From NCBI GenBank assembly GCA_007375535.1, contig VMEM01000004.1, forward strand, positions 22,545 to 86,544: a stretch of DNA of 64,000 nucleotides. Reading direction: 5' to 3'. Shown here one piece after another: positions 59,584 through 64,000 of the stretch. The DNA comes from Parcubacteria group bacterium LiPW_41. Its GTDB lineage: Bacteria; Patescibacteriota; Minisyncoccia; UBA6257; GWB1-50-10. Positions within the stretch are counted from its first letter, which is position 1. Every line of letters begins with the position of its first letter. The notes beneath the pieces were generated by a model that saw only the letters and a program-made list of their open reading frames with translations, was not told the DNA's origin and made no database searches. The translations under genes were made by a program, and so were the position numbers.

Positions 59584-60962
59584 ATGGCACACAATGAAGT
59601 TATATTGCGGTTTGATAAGGTTTCTTTCGATTTTGGATATCACCACCCTATTTTAAATGAGGTTGATTTTTCTTTGCGTAATGGCTGGAAGGCGACACTT
59701 ATGGGTCAGAACGGATCTGGAAAGAGTACCATCCTTAGGCTTATCACTGGTATTCTTCACCCAGAATCAGGAAAAATTCATATTGCGAATGGGATGAGTG
59801 TTGCGACTGCTCGTCAGGTAATTCCTCGTGATGAAATGCATCTAACTGTGCGAGAGTTTTTTGAAAAGTGTTTTCCAAAAAAGGTGTATGACATTGATCC
59901 TCGTATTGATGAGGTTCTTGAGGTGGTAAATTTACACGCTCCGCACGACAGACCAGTGAAATCATTTTCTGGAGGACAACAGGCTCGGCTTCTTCTTGCC
60001 TCTGCGCTTATTCAGAAACCAGATTTGCTTCTTCTTGATGAGCCGACGAACAATCTTGATAAAGAGGGAATTGCTCATCTTACTCAGTTTTTGATTGATT
60101 ACAAAAAAACATGTGTTGTTATTTCACATGATGCTGAGTTTTTGAATTCATTTACACAAGGAGTTTTATATCTTGATGTTCATACTCACAAAATTGAACA
60201 GTATGTGGGAAATTATTCTGATGTTGTTGAACAAATTTCGTTACGTATTGAAAAAGAGAATAGAAAAAACGCACTTCTCGCTAAAGAGATTCAAGAAAAT
60301 AAAGAGAAGGCAAATTTCTTTGCGCATAAGGGAGGGCAGATGCGTTTAGTTGCAAAAAAAATGAGAGAAAAGGTAGAGGAGATGGAAGAGGAAATGGTGG
60401 ATGTGCGAGCAGAGGACAAAACAATCCGACCATTTGTAATACCATTTCAAGAAGATATCATTGGGGAAATATTACACATATCTTCATATACCGTTTTTAA
60501 AAATCACAAACCAACAAACAAAAAAACCAATATTTCTTTAAAAAAGAACCAACATTTGTTATTGAGGGGGCCGTTCGTGTTGGATATTACCGACAGGATT
60601 TTTCTACATTAAATTTTGATGATACAGTTTATCATTCGCTTGCTTCGGTAATGGATAGAGTAACTGAAGGAGAGATACGATCAGTTGCTGCAGGTTTTTT
60701 AATTGGAGAGAATACAATGAAAGCAAAGATTGGCACTCTTTCTGAGGGGCAGAAGGGACTTGTTGCATTGGCACAGCTTGTATTATTGCGTCCTGGGCTT
60801 CTTATTTTGGATGAGCCAACAAATCATATGAATTTTCGTCATCTTCCGGTGATTGCTGCTGCGCTTGATAAATATGCTGGTGCAATGATTCTTGTGAGTC
60901 ACGTTCCAGAGTTTGTTGGTCAGATCCGTATTGATGAGGTTTTTGACCTTGAGAAAAACTAG
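59584..60962 (+). pseudogene. ABC-F family ATPase disrupted by a frameshifting deletion near 60573
   Basis: First ABC domain intact; the second lacks Walker A after LLLRGP; the homologous reading resumes in another frame at 60573 (VRVGYYRQDF..LSEGQK..LDEPTNH). Confidence 0.75.
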
Positions 60963-61043
60963 TTGACATGATTTATTTCTAGTGGCTTGCTATTTTTCTT
61001 AAAAAAGAATAGAGTTCAGAGAGTTGATAGTCAACATATAAAA

Positions 61044-61697
61044 ATGAAAACGTTTAAACGCGGAAATAAATCAAATGACAGAGGTGGAAAGAGAGAGTTT
61101 GGCGGACGAAGTTCCAACAAGCGTGGTTTTGGTGGTGGTGACAGGGGAGCAGTGATGACCACAGTAACGTGTAGTGATTGTAGAAAAGAATGTGAGGTTC
61201 CTTTTAAACCAACGGGGAATCGACCAGTTTATTGCAGCGACTGTTTCCGAAATCATGATAGTGAAGGAGGATCAACACGATCTGGTGGTAACAATTTTAA
61301 AAAGCCAAGTTTTGGTGGAAAAAGAGACTCCTCATTTATGAGTAGGGACAAGCAGATGTTTAATGCAACATGTGATAAATGTGCTCGACAGTGTGAAGTT
61401 CCTTTTAAACCAACAGGAGATAAGCCGGTCTATTGTAGTGATTGTTTTGAAAAAGGAGGAAGTTCAATAAATAGAAATAATAATGATAAGCCATCAAATC
61501 AATATAAGGAGCAATTTGATGCATTAAATAACAAATTAGATAAGATATTGAAACTGCTCGCTGTTCCTACCCCAGCAAAGGAAGAAATCAAGGAAGTTAT
61601 AATTAATAAAAAAGAAGAAGTTGTTGAGAAGAAAGGAAAAACGAAGAAGGTTACAATAAAGAAAGTTTCAGATAAGAAAAAAAAGATAAAGAAATAA
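61044..61697 (+). CDS. Tandem CxxC-x17-CxxC zinc-finger protein
   Basis: Two copies of CxxC..CEVPFKPTG..PVYCSDCF. Confidence 0.88.
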   Translation: MKTFKRGNKSNDRGGKREFGGRSSNKRGFGGGDRGAVMTTVTCSDCRKECEVPFKPTGNRPVYCSDCFRNHDSEGGSTRSGGNNFKKPSFGGKRDSSFMSRDKQMFNATCDKCARQCEVPFKPTGDKPVYCSDCFEKGGSSINRNNNDKPSNQYKEQFDALNNKLDKILKLLAVPTPAKEEIKEVIINKKEEVVEKKGKTKKVTIKKVSDKKKKIKK

Positions 61698-61706
61698 TAC
61701 TTATTA

Positions 61707-61739
61707 AAACCCCGCCAATCCATGGACTGGCGGGGTTTT
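61707..61739. terminator. Terminator hairpin related to 13256-13282
   Basis: AAAACCCCGCCAATCCATGGACTGGCGGGGTTTT. Confidence 0.7.
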
Positions 61740-61770
61740 AATTAGCAGAAAAAGATTATACTCAATATAT

Positions 61771-62337
61771 ATGAAGATTGAATCGGCACAATTTATAAAG
61801 AGCGCACTTACCAATGATTTTGTATTTGAGGATGGTATTCCTCAAATAGCATTTATTGGTCGTTCGAATGTGGGGAAATCAAGTATTATAAATTCGCTCG
61901 TTGGCCAACGTGATCTTGCAAAGACGAGTTCTTTCCCTGGTCGTACGCAGATGATAAATGTATTTTTAGTTAATAAGTCACTTTATTTTGTTGATCTTCC
62001 TGGATATGGATATGCGAGGCTCTCTCAAGTACAAAGGGATGAATTGAGAGAAATGATACGTTGGTATTTCTTTGTTTCTCATTCTAATCAAAAGAAGGTG
62101 GTGTTAATAATTGATGGGAGTATTGGTCCAACGAAAGATGATTTGGAGATGCTTCATAGTCTCGAAGCACACAGAAAGGATATTGTTGTTGTAGCGAACA
62201 AAATAGACAAGGTAAAAAAGTCAGTATATAAAAAACACCTTCATTTAATATCAAATGAAATTGGTGCTCACACCCTTATTCCTTATTCAACCAAAGACAA
62301 GGTTGGTATAAATGAATTACTGAAAGAGATTCTTTAG
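61771..62337 (+). CDS. engB: Ribosome biogenesis GTPase EngB/YsxC
   Basis: GRSNVGKSS, PGRT, DLPGYGY, NKID. Confidence 0.93.
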   Translation: MKIESAQFIKSALTNDFVFEDGIPQIAFIGRSNVGKSSIINSLVGQRDLAKTSSFPGRTQMINVFLVNKSLYFVDLPGYGYARLSQVQRDELREMIRWYFFVSHSNQKKVVLIIDGSIGPTKDDLEMLHSLEAHRKDIVVVANKIDKVKKSVYKKHLHLISNEIGAHTLIPYSTKDKVGINELLKEIL

Positions 62338-62345
62338 TGAAATAT

Positions 62346-62600
62346 ATGGAAAATCATTTCACTGTCTATATATTAGAATGTTCTGATTCAACTTTTTACA
62401 CTGGAAGCACGAATAATCTCAAAAAAAGATTGAATGAGCATAATCACTTAAAGTCTGGCGCTCATTATACAAAAATACGCAGGCCAGTTGTTTTGAGGTA
62501 TAAAGAAAAATGTAACACTTTTAATAAAGCAAGAAAGCGGGAGGCGGAGATTAAGTGTCTTACTAGAGAGGAAAAGAAGCGCCTTATAGAAAAGAAGTGA
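62346..62600 (+). CDS. GIY-YIG (UPF0213-like) nuclease
   Basis: VYILECSD..YTGST..RLNEHN..GAHYT..RPV..RE.EIK. Confidence 0.88.
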   Translation: MENHFTVYILECSDSTFYTGSTNNLKKRLNEHNHLKSGAHYTKIRRPVVLRYKEKCNTFNKARKREAEIKCLTREEKKRLIEKK

Positions 62601-62629
62601 TACAAAAAGTGAGCTTTTAAGTGATTGGT

Positions 62630-62658
62630 TTGACCGTGTCTCTATAAAGTGCTATTAT
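62630..62658 (+). promoter_or_regulatory. Sigma70 promoter of the cold-shock gene
   Basis: TTGACC-17-TATTAT, giving a 5' UTR of about 100 nt. Confidence 0.55.
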
Positions 62659-62763
62659 CGCTAAGGCAAGATAGTTATTGAATAAAAATGTAGTCGAGCT
62701 TATTCCAGAAACTAGACTTTAGGATAAAACCTTAGAACACAAATTAAAATTAACTTTACAATC

Positions 62764-62964
62764 ATGGAAGGAACAATAAAGAATCTCGTTGAAGAAAAGG
62801 GATTCGGATTTATCACTGTTGATGGAGAAGCTAAAGATTTATTTTTTCACAGCAACGAACTTAAGGGCGTAAGCTTTAATGAGTTACAGAGAGGTGATCG
62901 AGTATCTTTTGAAAAAGCAGATTCACCAAAAGGACCAAACGCAGTAAATGTAACTCGCATTTAA
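62764..62964 (+). CDS. Cold-shock protein
   Basis: KGFGFI (RNP1), LFFH (RNP2), KGPNAVNV. Confidence 0.93.
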   Translation: MEGTIKNLVEEKGFGFITVDGEAKDLFFHSNELKGVSFNELQRGDRVSFEKADSPKGPNAVNVTRI

Positions 62965-63039
62965 CTTAGTAGGGAGGTCACACTAAAAATACCTGAAATA
63001 AAAATTTCAGGTGTTTTTGTTTATTGATATACTTATTGT

Positions 63040-64000
63040 ATGGATCACAAAAAAGCCTCTTTTTCTATATCCCTCCTTGTTATCACGGTTTTGTTTATTA
63101 TTGCGGGATATTTTTTTGTTTCTTTTGAAACAAAAAAAATTGAAAATGAATTACACAATACGTTAATGCACGCGACAGAAGTTTTGCTTGCAGCATTAAA
63201 TCCAGAGAGAGTCGAAAGATTTGAGGGTTCTTTGGCAGACTTAAATAGTCCAGATTATATTCGGGTAAAAGATCAAACTTCAAAATTAGGAAAAATCTTT
63301 GTAGAAAATAGTGTTGCGTCATTCTATATTATGAGAAAGACAAACAAGGGTGTAGTATTTCTTGTTGATTCAATTGTTCCTGGTAGTGAGGATTATAGCC
63401 CCCCAGGAGAGTTGTATATAAAACCAAGTGCAGAAATTTTTAGTGTGTTTGATGATGGTGTTCCTAAATTGGTTGGACCGTACACAGATGAATATGGGAC
63501 GTTTGTTTCTTATTTCGCTCCTATAAGGAATTTTTCGAGTAACAAGATTATTGGGGTTGTGGGGACTGATATAGATTATAATGCGTACGTTGCTTCAGTT
63601 CGTAAGGAACAAATATCAAATTTTTTGACATTGTTTGTTATTTATCTTTTTTTCGTTGGAATTATTTTCTTTTTTGAAAAGCGTAGCGAGGCACAGAAGA
63701 TGCTTCGAGAAAACGAGGAGAGATTGAGGGTTATTACAGAAACAACACCAGATGCAGTCATTATGATGGACGAAAAGGGAATTATTTCATTCTGGAATCA
63801 GGCAGCAGAAACCCTTACCGGATATACAAGAGAGGAGGCAATCAGTAAAAATCTTCATGAGCTTATCTCCCCTCAGGGTCTCTATGATATAGAAAATTCT
63901 AAAAATCTTCATGAATTTATGGCGACGGGAAAGAGTCCAATTCTTAATACGATTGTTACCATAAAGATAAAAACAAAAGAAGGAAAAGAAAAAGATGTTG
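63040..64000 (+). CDS. Membrane sensor with PAS domain, truncated by the window end (not in the ORF track)
   Basis: ATG 63040 MDHKKSLFFLYPLL..; two TMs around an extracellular domain (YTDEYG), then EERLRVITETTPDAVI..WNQAAETLTGY PAS. Confidence 0.8.
   Translation, partial: MDHKKASFSISLLVITVLFIIAGYFFVSFETKKIENELHNTLMHATEVLLAALNPERVERFEGSLADLNSPDYIRVKDQTSKLGKIFVENSVASFYIMRKTNKGVVFLVDSIVPGSEDYSPPGELYIKPSAEIFSVFDDGVPKLVGPYTDEYGTFVSYFAPIRNFSSNKIIGVVGTDIDYNAYVASVRKEQISNFLTLFVIYLFFVGIIFFFEKRSEAQKMLRENEERLRVITETTPDAVIMMDEKGIISFWNQAAETLTGYTREEAISKNLHELISPQGLYDIENSKNLHEFMATGKSPILNTIVTIKIKTKEGKEKDV

Noticed and set aside
61160-61450. Direct repeat resembling a DGR template/variable pair
   Set aside because: It is the in-frame duplication of the CxxC-x17-CxxC domain, and there is no reverse transcriptase in the window.
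1-64000. Alternative genetic code (UGA=Gly, as in some CPR lineages)
   Set aside because: Conserved genes are full-length under code 11, and TGA ends genes at 13556 and 62600.

Overview
Chromosomal segment of a low-GC bacterium using genetic code 11. Gene content points to Patescibacteria/CPR, probably Parcubacteria; this is an inference from the families present. Housekeeping genes include iscS, htrA, clpB (with a CIRCE box), rluA, dsbA, trxB, pth, lepB, a divergent hisS, hit, rpsU, yqeY, ybeY, ftsA, ftsZ, class II nrdJ, engB and csp. There is an S-layer-like giant protein next to a ~17 kb surface-glycan locus, a pilM/N-like gene, and a 1470-aa secreted Zn-phospholipase-C-like/lamin-tail protein. 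RNA genes are tRNA-Lys(CTT) and a tRNA-Asn(GTT) split inside its anticodon by a group I intron carrying an HNH endonuclease. The most unusual signals are non-coding: (i) a wHTH+Cas2-like (PaaX-type) gene bracketed by two 42-bp hairpin repeats that differ only by one compensatory base pair; (ii) a three-gene cassette bracketed by identical 31-bp palindromes; (iii) a shared module (hairpin + GGATTTATTCC + antisense T-arm) downstream of both tRNAs; (iv) heptamer repeats inserted twice in-frame in iscS; (v) a ~340-nt structured, possibly switch-like leader of the S-layer-like gene; (vi) widespread leaderless promoter architecture. All calls come from reading motifs by eye; no database searches were run.
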